Positions 1 through 7,585 are shown, numbered from the stretch's first letter. The stretch is 13,358 bases of DNA from Promethearchaeota archaeon (GCA_048939465.1 JBHLPL010000050.1:1-13358), one strand, 5' to 3'. A program made the numbers and translations. The notes: generated by a model from the letters alone, not told the origin.

Positions 1-1
1 G

Positions 2-172
2 CCTGTTAGCGTCATGGTCATGGGCCTGTTCATTCTTGGCGAACCTCTCACGCTTTGGAGTCTATTTGGATCAGCTCTCGTATTGAGTGCCACCGTGCTA
101 ATCAGCTTGGAGAAGAAACTGGGGAGACCTTCAATCGAGAGAAACCAAAACAATCGACAGCGGAAACAGTAA
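2..172 (+). CDS. EamA/DMT-family transporter, C-terminal fragment (5' end outside window)
   Basis: Hand translation of frame 2 (not in the ORF track): PVSVMVMGLFILGEPLTLWSLFGSALVLSATVLISLEKKLGRPSIERNQNNRQRKQ*, TAA at 170-172. The P-V-x8-LGE-x-L-T...G..L.L pattern is the typical last two TM helices of an EamA repeat. Confidence 0.85.
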   Translation, partial: PVSVMVMGLFILGEPLTLWSLFGSALVLSATVLISLEKKLGRPSIERNQNNRQRKQ

Positions 173-280
173 ATGGCACTGATTGTTAAAGGATGAGCTA
201 CCGGAGGAATGTGCTACTGAGCACGCAACAGAAGCAAATAACATAAAAAGCAGGAGGTCTCATAAAGGCCTACATCCGAG

Positions 281-325
281 AATAAGATTCTTAAGATACT
301 ATCTAAGCAGAAGGAGAGGAGGAAT
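281..325 (+). promoter_or_regulatory. Putative promoter (purine-rich BRE-like AATAAGA + TTCTTAAG TATA-like) and SD of the lyase gene
   Basis: AATAAGATTCTTAAGATA at 281-298; strong SD GGAGAGGAGGAA at 313-324, 6 nt before ATG 331. The SD is clear, the TATA is non-canonical. Confidence 0.5.
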
Positions 326-330
326 TTCGA

Positions 331-1773
331 ATGTCTATAAAACTGTCTTCAGGTAAGGAAATCCCGATAGATATGTACAAAGCGAGAATGGTCCAGAAAA
401 TCTCCCTAATACCTGTCGAAGAACGACTCAATGCGATAGAAGAAGCAGGCTACAATACATTCTTGCTCAAAACCAGGGATATATTTCTCGACATGCTTAC
501 CGATAGCGGCGTAAATGCTATGAGCGACAATCAATTTGCTGGTATGATCAAAGCTGATGACGCATATGCTGGCAGCATGACCTTCTACGAATTTGCCGAA
601 TCAGTAAAGGAAATATTAGGGTACGAGCACGTAATGAATGTTCATCAGGGGAGAGCGGCTGAGCACCTAATTGCAAAAGTATTCGCCAGTTCGGGCGATG
701 TTATCCCGACAAACTACCACTTCACTACAACCAAAGCACACATTGAACTCACAGGGGCTGAATGCTTGGAAATCTTCACAGATGAGGCTTTAAAGACCGA
801 AAGCACTCATCCGTTTAAAGGTAATATGGACCCACAAAAGCTGAAGGATACGATCGAAAAGTACGGACGGGAAAAAATACCTTTTGTACGGATGGAAGCA
901 ACAACCAATTTACTTGGAGGACAGCCTTTCTCCATGGAAAATCTGAAGGAAATCGCTCAAATCTGCAGAGGGTACGAGATCCCGCTGATACTGGATGGAA
1001 GTCTGATTTGTGAAAATGCTTATTTCATAATGAAGAGACAAAGTGGGTACGAAAATAGGACTGTTTCAGAAATAGTCAAAGAGATGTGCAGCGTTGCCGA
1101 TCTATTCTATATGAGCGGAAGGAAGAACACATGCGTAAGAGGTGGTCTCATTGCAACTAACAATAGGGGACTGTTCGAAAAGATAGAGCCTTGGCTTCCA
1201 GTCTATGAAGGCTTCTTCACGTACGGCGGTATGTCTATGAGAGAAATAGGTGCTATGGAAGTAGGAGTAAGAGAGATGGTTGATCCTGATGTCGCGGGCT
1301 GTGCTATAGAGCAGATAAAATACTTCGTTGAAAAACTTGTTGAAAAGAGAATTCCTGTGGTTACACCGCCCGGCGGACTGGCCTGCCATCTGGATGCAAC
1401 GAAGTTCTTGCCTCATATTCCTCAAACGCAGTACCCTGCGGGAGCTCTAGTTGCTGCGCTCTACATAGCTTCAGGGATAAGGAGTATGGAAAGAGGAACC
1501 ATATCAATGGATAGAGACAAAGAAGGCAAGGAGCTTCTTTCGGATTTGGAGCTTGCCCGAATTGCGCTTCCGAGGAGAGTCTATACAATGTCGCATATCG
1601 AGTACGCAGTCGACAGAATAGAATGGCTGTATAAGCACAGAGAACTGATAAAAGGCCTCGTATTCGTCGAAGAACCTCCAGTACTCAGATTCTTCTTGGG
1701 AAAGCTGAAAGCTCTGGAGAACTGGGCAAGAGACCTAGCTGAAGCATTTAGAAAGGAACTCGGTCCATACTGA
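331..1773 (+). CDS. tpl: PLP-dependent beta-eliminating lyase, tyrosine phenol-lyase/tryptophanase family (TPL-like specificity residues)
   Basis: Motifs DMLTDSG, DAYAGS (catalytic Tyr79), HQGRAAE, NYHFTTT, GNMD, N193, D222, MSGRK (PLP Lys265), YEGFFTYGG, ERG, PRRVYT, LRFF. Family is certain; tpl versus tnaA rests on T132/R388/F454. Confidence 0.9.
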   Translation: MSIKLSSGKEIPIDMYKARMVQKISLIPVEERLNAIEEAGYNTFLLKTRDIFLDMLTDSGVNAMSDNQFAGMIKADDAYAGSMTFYEFAESVKEILGYEHVMNVHQGRAAEHLIAKVFASSGDVIPTNYHFTTTKAHIELTGAECLEIFTDEALKTESTHPFKGNMDPQKLKDTIEKYGREKIPFVRMEATTNLLGGQPFSMENLKEIAQICRGYEIPLILDGSLICENAYFIMKRQSGYENRTVSEIVKEMCSVADLFYMSGRKNTCVRGGLIATNNRGLFEKIEPWLPVYEGFFTYGGMSMREIGAMEVGVREMVDPDVAGCAIEQIKYFVEKLVEKRIPVVTPPGGLACHLDATKFLPHIPQTQYPAGALVAALYIASGIRSMERGTISMDRDKEGKELLSDLELARIALPRRVYTMSHIEYAVDRIEWLYKHRELIKGLVFVEEPPVLRFFLGKLKALENWARDLAEAFRKELGPY

Positions 1774-1905
1774 GCATTTGTCTCTGTTGGTTGAAGGATC
1801 TCACATATGGAAATATGAGGCACATGAAATCATTTGCTGATTTACCCCCGGTAAGCCTAGATAGTAGATTTCTAAATCCAGATACATCTTGAGTTTCGAG
1901 GGCAA

Positions 1906-2841
1906 TCAGCTAAGGACACTCATGTCTGCCGTCCAAAACTTGGAAAAGGCAGTTCTTTCACTGTGGTTCCTAAGAAGAAGCCCTATAAAATGTTGGAGCG
2001 CGACAGCCACTTCCGGTTTCTCAGCAAACCTGATCTCAATCTTGTTCTCGATGTAGTTTCCCACAATTCCGTAATCTTTCAATTCCTGCAACTTCTTTTC
2101 GATTCTATACCTGGCATATTTGAGCTGTTTCTTGATCTCTTCTGCTGAGATCTCAATTAGGAACCCATCACCGTTTTTCAGTTCTCCGTACCGTCCTATG
2201 GTCCAGAGGAATTTCAGACCGTCCTTCTTTCTTTTCACTTCTTGCTCTTGTCCGCCACGCGTTTTGCAGTGCAATGTCAACATGCTTTCAAGTTTAGAAT
2301 GCAGCTTCTGCATTGCCTTCTGCAGTTTGTCCGGTTTGATGCTTGTGCCTGAGAATGCTTTAGGGTTCAGGTGAGATGGATAAGGTACGGTCGAAGCACT
2401 GACAGGTTGAGACGTTGCCTCGAATTCGGTTTTGCTAATTCTCTTATGGATTTCATCAAGTCTTGCCTTGTTTAGATAAGGTAATGCGAATCTTTCATAC
2501 TCCTCCTGCGTTCCTTCTTTTTTCGTTCTCTCAGCAATGATATTTGTGGCGTGGACTAACCAGTTTATACGGGGACAGGGGTAGTCAAGACAGTAGCCGC
2601 AGTTATCTACGTTGTTTTTCAAGACACACCTTCTGGTGGGACAACTGCTCCAGAGAGGTACTCTATCCGGAGTGTTGAAGCACCCCTCGCAGTGAGGCTT
2701 ATCATATACCCATCCACGAGTTCGATGGAACTTCTTCCATCCCTTATCGACTGCGTTGCGATCTTTGTCGGATTTGAGATTGGCTTTGTATGCAGGACAG
2801 ATTCCGCAGTTAAATCCACAGAGAGAAATCTCTTCGTTCAT
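1906..2841 (-). CDS. DUF3795-type Cys-rich (Fe-S or Zn binding) protein with long C-terminal extension
   Basis: First ~90 aa carry ten Cys: CGFNCGICP, CEGC, CPTRRC, NCGYCLDYPC, the pattern I recognise as DUF3795. ATG 2841-2839, TGA 1908-1906. Confidence 0.8.
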   Translation of the reverse strand: MNEEISLCGFNCGICPAYKANLKSDKDRNAVDKGWKKFHRTRGWVYDKPHCEGCFNTPDRVPLWSSCPTRRCVLKNNVDNCGYCLDYPCPRINWLVHATNIIAERTKKEGTQEEYERFALPYLNKARLDEIHKRISKTEFEATSQPVSASTVPYPSHLNPKAFSGTSIKPDKLQKAMQKLHSKLESMLTLHCKTRGGQEQEVKRKKDGLKFLWTIGRYGELKNGDGFLIEISAEEIKKQLKYARYRIEKKLQELKDYGIVGNYIENKIEIRFAEKPEVAVALQHFIGLLLRNHSERTAFSKFWTADMSVLS

Positions 2842-2870
2842 TCCAAATCAGCAAGAAGTTATTCTAAGGT

Positions 2871-2878
2871 CATAAAAA
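2871..2878 (-). promoter_or_regulatory. TATA-like box for the DUF3795 gene (short-leader or leaderless transcript)
   Basis: TTTTTATG on the minus strand about 30 nt upstream of ATG 2841, with no SD before the ATG. Confidence 0.45.
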
Positions 2879-2921
2879 TGTTGCGGCTCTGATGAAAAGA
2901 TGCTCAGAAACCACATCTTAT

Positions 2922-3509
2922 CTAACCTGCTTTGCCTCCCACAATTCGAACGCCAATTTCAAAAGCTTCACCCATCATCTTCTTATTCTTCTTTACCCCG
3001 CCCAATTCATCATCCTCATGAGCGTAAAGAATCGTTTTTACCAATTCAATGTTTGCCCACTCAAAAAACCCTTTGACAGAGACTAGAGTCGTGTTGAATT
3101 CTTGCTCCTTGCCTGCAACTGCGACAAATACTCCTTTCCTCTTTTTCCTCATTCTTCTTTTGAAGACGTATGTTCCTGATGGATCCTTCACGTAGGGAAC
3201 CAGGCAATTACATCTATCTATCATAAGCTTGGTCTGAGCACTTACGGTGTCGAAGTAGATCGGAGAACCCAAAACAATTACATCGGATGTCTCCAACGCA
3301 GCATAGACCGTTTTCATATCATCTTCATAGAGGCAGTACCCAGGATCGGGGTCTACCCCGCAACTCTGACATGGCTTGATGTTCAAGTCATTAAGATAGA
3401 TCTTCTGCGTTTTTGCTCCTTGGCTGTTTGCTCCCTTCAGCACTTGAGTAACTAGCAAATCAACATTTCCCTTCTTTTTAGGGCTGCCAACGATACCGCC
3501 CACCTTCAT
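2922..3509 (-). CDS. Flavodoxin-family iron-sulfur flavoprotein (Isf / NAD(P)H-dependent FMN reductase-like)
   Basis: N-terminal GSP-K-x2-GN FMN loop, KPCQSC...C, SDVIVLGSPIYF, SAQTKLMIDR. SD GAGGGG upstream of ATG 3509. Confidence 0.9.
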   Translation of the reverse strand: MKVGGIVGSPKKKGNVDLLVTQVLKGANSQGAKTQKIYLNDLNIKPCQSCGVDPDPGYCLYEDDMKTVYAALETSDVIVLGSPIYFDTVSAQTKLMIDRCNCLVPYVKDPSGTYVFKRRMRKKRKGVFVAVAGKEQEFNTTLVSVKGFFEWANIELVKTILYAHEDDELGGVKKNKKMMGEAFEIGVRIVGGKAG

Positions 3510-3611
3510 AATAATCCCCTCGATTGGATCTGAATATATGCTAGACCATTTCTATTACGATTTCCTGAGATCGAGCCCTTATGCCCTCCTATAGTGCAAG
3601 ACAAGCATAAT

Positions 3612-3628
3612 AAGGCTTTTAAAGCCTT
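3612..3628. promoter_or_regulatory. Perfect 8-1-8 inverted repeat centred on the mscL TATA box
   Basis: AAGGCTTT-T-AAAGCCTT containing TTTTAAA (3617-3623), about 27-33 nt upstream of the ATGs at 3650 and 3656. Confidence 0.55.
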
Positions 3629-3646
3629 GAAACTTATCCTCAGACC

Positions 3647-4021
3647 GTGATGAATATGTCTACGGAAGACAAAATGTTAGAAGAACTGAAAGAGATTAGG
3701 AAGTTGCTCACACCTCCGCCACCTTCCCCACCTCCGAAGGGCATTAAGAATGAGTTCTTGGACTTCCTCAGCAAATATAAGGTCTTGGGTTTGGCTGTTG
3801 CCTTCATAATGGGTCTATACCTTGGACGTGTGGTTCAGGCACTCGTGACCGCCTTCATCATGCCAATAATCGAGCTCGTCCTGCCAGGCATCAATTGGGA
3901 AATGATAACGGTCGGTCCTTTCCGAATTGGCCTCTTCGTTGGTGAGTTGATAACCTTTGCTATCGTGGCCATGGTGATCTTCCTCATCGTTAAGCTCACC
4001 CAAAGATGGGGAATTGAGTGA
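3647..4021 (+). CDS. mscL: Large-conductance mechanosensitive channel MscL, archaeal variant; real start probably ATG 3656 or 3650
   Basis: S1 helix EFLDFL, TM1 LAVAFIMG...VVQALVTAFIMPII, TM2 G.FVGELITFAIVAMVIFLIVK, all matching the MscL pattern (EFKEF...LAVGVIIG...IIMP...G.F...I.F.I.A..IF..VK). Confidence 0.92.
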   Translation: MMNMSTEDKMLEELKEIRKLLTPPPPSPPPKGIKNEFLDFLSKYKVLGLAVAFIMGLYLGRVVQALVTAFIMPIIELVLPGINWEMITVGPFRIGLFVGELITFAIVAMVIFLIVKLTQRWGIE

Positions 4022-4029
4022 TATAAACT

Positions 4030-4050
4030 GTCCTTCTTCCCCTTTTTTTG
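4030..4050 (+). terminator. Archaeal oligo-pyrimidine/oligo-T terminator after mscL
   Basis: GTCCTTCTTCCCCTTTTTTTG starting 9 nt after the TGA. Confidence 0.65.
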
Positions 4051-4115
4051 ATGCCCGGTTCTTGGATGGCGGCGAATAAGGTTCGGAAGAATACTCACCT
4101 CGGCTCTTCAGTAAG

Positions 4116-6107
4116 CTATGGCTTGAGATGACGTTTGAAGAAATCAACGATCTTTCCATAGGCTTTTACTTGATTCTTGAACTTGTTGACGTCATGCCCT
4201 TCGTCTTCGAACATCAGATATTCGACTTCGGTGCCCTGTTTTCTGAGCCTGGCCACAACATCGGCCGATTCAGCCTCAATAACGCGAGGATCGTTCTTGC
4301 CCTGTATAACCAGAAGAGGTGCTTTGACTTGCCCGAAATAAGTGGCTGGCGATCGTTCTGTTAGAAACTTACCATCCTTCTCCGGATGGCCTATCGTAAG
4401 GTAGAAGTAAGTCTTCCAAGTCTCTGGTAGCCTCTGCACGAAAGTGATAAGATTGTACGGTCCAAACATCTCGCAGCCAGCCTTCCACAGGTCCGGATAG
4501 CGGGCAACCAGCCAGAGAGTCATGTATCCCCCGTATGATCTGCCCGTAACCGCACGTCTGCTAGAATCGATTCGAGGGTCTTTCTTCAACATCTCAAGTC
4601 CCTCAACTTGATCTCGAGAGTCATCACCTCCCCAGTCATGATCCACCGTTTTCATAAACTTCTGACCGTATCCCGTACTACCTCGAACGTTGGGTACAAA
4701 GACGGCAAAACCGTTCAGCGTTAGATATTGAATCAAAGGCATAGAGAACCATGTGAAATCAGGTCTCTCTTGACTTTGAGGTCCCCCGTGTACGTATAGC
4801 ACTAGAGGATAGGGCGGTTCATATCCCAGAGGTTTCGCTGGAAGGTAAAGGCGGGCTGAAATCCTCAAACCGTCGAAACTTGTAAAACTGGCATCTTCTC
4901 CTGAAGAAAGGAATCTCTCATCTATGCCAAGGATGCGCTCATTTGAAATACGAACATACTTCTGGTTCTTAGAATTGGGATTTATGAGATAGAGCTGGGA
5001 CGGAGAGTTGGCCCTAGTGAAAGCTGTCACATACTCTATCCTTGGTGGAGACTCAGATTCGTCTACAAAGGAGTTGAGGCCTAGTTCGTGTACAAGGGTT
5101 ACACCATCATTGAGGGGTGATTGTCCAACCAGAGTGTGAGAAACGTGGATTCTCGGTGGTACCTCCGAATCATCAAGCCGGCCTTCATACCACCAACTGC
5201 AACCGTCGATGTTATAATGAAGCAAGTAAGTATCCTCGTGAACGTGTTGGATCTCTTCGAGCTCACCCATCCCCTTATGTTTTATGCCATCGATCGGCAC
5301 CGGGTGAATCTCCTTAGGATCCTCTATGTCCAAGATGCCAACTCCTCCAAAATCGTCGTGGACGGTTGTTTTGAAGATTAGTGCATGATCGTCTCTTATG
5401 AAATAGACAGGAACAGAAAGCCCAAGAAGTGGATATTCCTCACCTTCTTTCCTCTGATCTATAGGAGTTCCAAAGAGAAGTTTTCGACGGGATGCACCGT
5501 GTTCCCAGATAAAAACGACCTCATCATTGGCAGTGTACGTATCTGCTAGAATCAACTTCTGGTGATTCCCGTTGTGACCTGCGTGGTAGTTGCCATAAAT
5601 GCTCTTTCCTAGTGATTGAATCTTTGGACCTTTCAGGTCAACCTGAATGGTTTCACGGTCGGGTGTTTTACGATCATCTATGTTAAAATACGCTATGGCG
5701 GCCTTTTCATCAAATCCGATTAGCAGGAGCTGCTGCCCCTCGTACCGTTCGCCAAAAATAGACTCTGGTACACCTCCAGTTTCCGGAACAAAGCAAGGCT
5801 GATAGTTTTCGTTTCCATCTTGATCGATCTGGACCAACACCTTCTTAAGAGTCGGTACGACCTGGAAGCTGTCACCGGCCATTAGATGTGGATTTTGAAG
5901 AGCCACACCTCGAGGCAGCAGCGGCTCAGGTATACTGCCACCTCGATCCATGGCGTATAGGCTGAACATACCGCTCATGTCACTAATGAAATAAACTCGA
6001 TCACCTACTAGCTGAGGAACTAGTAGTTTTCTGGCTGAGAGCAGAGACTCCAAAGGAAATTTCCCTTTTGTGTCCACAAATATCATCTCCCTTTTTCTAT
6101 ATTTCAC
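4116..6107 (-). CDS. S9-family serine peptidase (acylaminoacyl/prolyl oligopeptidase-like, propeller + alpha/beta hydrolase); real start probably GTG 6077 or ATG 6086
   Basis: YVHGGP, PNVRGSTGYG, nucleophile GRSYGG, QGKNDPRV (Asp), EDEGH (His). The track start at 6107 overlaps the upstream stop at 6097-6099; GGGAGATGAT sits 4 nt before GTG 6077, which fits an SD. Confidence 0.95.
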   Translation of the reverse strand: MKYRKREMIFVDTKGKFPLESLLSARKLLVPQLVGDRVYFISDMSGMFSLYAMDRGGSIPEPLLPRGVALQNPHLMAGDSFQVVPTLKKVLVQIDQDGNENYQPCFVPETGGVPESIFGERYEGQQLLLIGFDEKAAIAYFNIDDRKTPDRETIQVDLKGPKIQSLGKSIYGNYHAGHNGNHQKLILADTYTANDEVVFIWEHGASRRKLLFGTPIDQRKEGEEYPLLGLSVPVYFIRDDHALIFKTTVHDDFGGVGILDIEDPKEIHPVPIDGIKHKGMGELEEIQHVHEDTYLLHYNIDGCSWWYEGRLDDSEVPPRIHVSHTLVGQSPLNDGVTLVHELGLNSFVDESESPPRIEYVTAFTRANSPSQLYLINPNSKNQKYVRISNERILGIDERFLSSGEDASFTSFDGLRISARLYLPAKPLGYEPPYPLVLYVHGGPQSQERPDFTWFSMPLIQYLTLNGFAVFVPNVRGSTGYGQKFMKTVDHDWGGDDSRDQVEGLEMLKKDPRIDSSRRAVTGRSYGGYMTLWLVARYPDLWKAGCEMFGPYNLITFVQRLPETWKTYFYLTIGHPEKDGKFLTERSPATYFGQVKAPLLVIQGKNDPRVIEAESADVVARLRKQGTEVEYLMFEDEGHDVNKFKNQVKAYGKIVDFFKRHLKP

Positions 6108-7533
6108 CTTCTTTTAGTTGGTGAGTCGCACGAACAAACATCTGTCCCATACCGCGGGAAGTCTTATAAGTGTAGCGCGAGAACGCATCTCCAAAGACTG
6201 CGTGTCTAATGATTTTTCTTGGCCGCTTATAGAAGCCAAGATAGGCCTTCCATAACAATTCGAGTATTTGATCCCTCGAGAGATGCTCAGTTCTCATAAC
6301 CGGATGCGCAAAATCATAGCTGGACCAGTCGAAGTCTTCAACCAACCCCTTTTCCGCCATTTTCTCATAAAACTCCGTGCCGGGAACAGGGGTAACGAGG
6401 GCAAAAATGGTAACAAGAGGGTCCAACTCTTTGGCAAAATCAAGAATGTTTTGGATGTCCTTTTCATCATGATCCCAGTTTCCCAACATCATGAAGACCC
6501 ATGCGTGAATCTTATTCTTTTTGAGAAGTTTAACTGCTTCCTTGGCCTTTTCAGCGGTCGTTTGCTTGTTATAGAACTCTAACTCTTGATTTGAGTTGGA
6601 CTCAACCCCCAGATTTACCATGAAAACACCGGCTTTCTTCATCTTGGGGATTAAGTCCTTGTCACGTACCAGCAAGTCTGTTCTTGTTCCGTCTATCGCC
6701 ATCCTGATCTTCAATCTGCGCTCAATTATCTCATCAAGAAACTGCTCGGTCCTATCACGATCTACGTTGAATGACAGGTCATTAACCCAAAACGCATTCG
6801 TGGCGTACTCGCTATTCAACTCCTGAATCATATCTACTGCCTTCCCGGCACTCATTTGGCGGAAAGGCTTTTGACAGATTTTGGGAGAGCAGAATCTGCA
6901 GTTGTACGGACATCCCCTGGTCGTGACAACAACTGCAAAACTACCCCATTTAGGAGGTATCACCGGCAGCCTATATTTCTCCATCGGCAGCAAGTGCCAT
7001 GCGGGAAACGGCAAATCATCAAGATCAGGAATTGGAGGCCGATCCTTATTATGAACTATATCCCCGTCTCTCCTAAATGACAGTCCTTCAATTTTCTCTA
7101 GATGAGGGGCTTTCCTACGAAGCTCACCTATGAGTTCATGACATGTGAGCTCGCCATCACCTCTAACTATGAAATCTAGACTCCTGCATTTCTCAAAGGA
7201 TTCATCGGGAGCCAGGGTCAACTGCAGACCTCCGCCCACGGTAAAGGTTTCTGGATTCAAGTCCTTGGCAAGCTCAAGGCACTTAAACGAATCCGGAACG
7301 AAGCAAGTCATTGAGCTTGTGACTCCCACAATCCAGGGATCTCTTCTCTTGATCTCATCTCTTAATCCGGCCCAGTCGATCTTTTCCATATTACAGTCCA
7401 AAATATCAACTTCGATTTTGTTTTTATCAAGAAAGCCGGCCAAGTGGGCAAGTCCCAAAGGCTGTGCAAAGAATCCCCCACCTCCAGCAAAACCCCAGTA
7501 TCTTCTGGGTGGATCGATCAAGAGTAGGTCCAT
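6097..7533 (-). CDS. Cobalamin-binding domain radical SAM protein (class B / BchE-like), substrate unknown
   Basis: N-terminal B12-domain pattern (LLIDPP...PLGLAHLAGFL...VDILD, IVRGDGE), CxxxCxxC as TRGCPYNCRFC, LGVES, TPVPGTEFY. SD GGAGGAGG before ATG 7533. Confidence 0.93.
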   Translation of the reverse strand: MDLLLIDPPRRYWGFAGGGGFFAQPLGLAHLAGFLDKNKIEVDILDCNMEKIDWAGLRDEIKRRDPWIVGVTSSMTCFVPDSFKCLELAKDLNPETFTVGGGLQLTLAPDESFEKCRSLDFIVRGDGELTCHELIGELRRKAPHLEKIEGLSFRRDGDIVHNKDRPPIPDLDDLPFPAWHLLPMEKYRLPVIPPKWGSFAVVVTTRGCPYNCRFCSPKICQKPFRQMSAGKAVDMIQELNSEYATNAFWVNDLSFNVDRDRTEQFLDEIIERRLKIRMAIDGTRTDLLVRDKDLIPKMKKAGVFMVNLGVESNSNQELEFYNKQTTAEKAKEAVKLLKKNKIHAWVFMMLGNWDHDEKDIQNILDFAKELDPLVTIFALVTPVPGTEFYEKMAEKGLVEDFDWSSYDFAHPVMRTEHLSRDQILELLWKAYLGFYKRPRKIIRHAVFGDAFSRYTYKTSRGMGQMFVRATHQLKEGEI

Positions 7534-7577
7534 GTACCCTCCTCCGTACGGATACTTACAGATTACCTAAAAGTAGT

Positions 7578-7585
7578 ATAAAAAC
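7578..7585 (-). promoter_or_regulatory. TATA box for the radical SAM-peptidase unit
   Basis: TTTTTATA on the minus strand about 45 nt upstream of ATG 7533. Confidence 0.55.

Noticed and set aside
193-246. Short ORF MSYRRNVLLSTQQKQIT upstream of the lyase as a TnaC-like leader peptide
   Set aside because: No Trp or Tyr cluster at a sensing position, no C-terminal Pro-stop, no SD, and it lies upstream of the putative promoter.
294-304. Small palindrome AGATA-C-TATCT just after the lyase TATA-like box
   Set aside because: Five-bp arms are expected by chance many times in 13 kb.
1102-1823. Minus-strand ORFs of 75-107 aa inside the lyase gene
   Set aside because: Antisense shadows of a well-supported CDS, with no motifs or SD.
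3815-4159. Minus-strand ORFs (114 and 87 aa) over mscL
   Set aside because: Antisense shadows with no recognisable features.
7543-7552. Perfect 10-bp palindrome TCCGTACGGA overlapping the radical SAM SD
   Set aside because: Roughly a dozen 10-bp palindromes are expected by chance in this length; too short for a stable hairpin.
7145-7570. 141-aa plus-strand ORF opposite the radical SAM 5' end
   Set aside because: Ser/Pro-rich antisense shadow with no SD.
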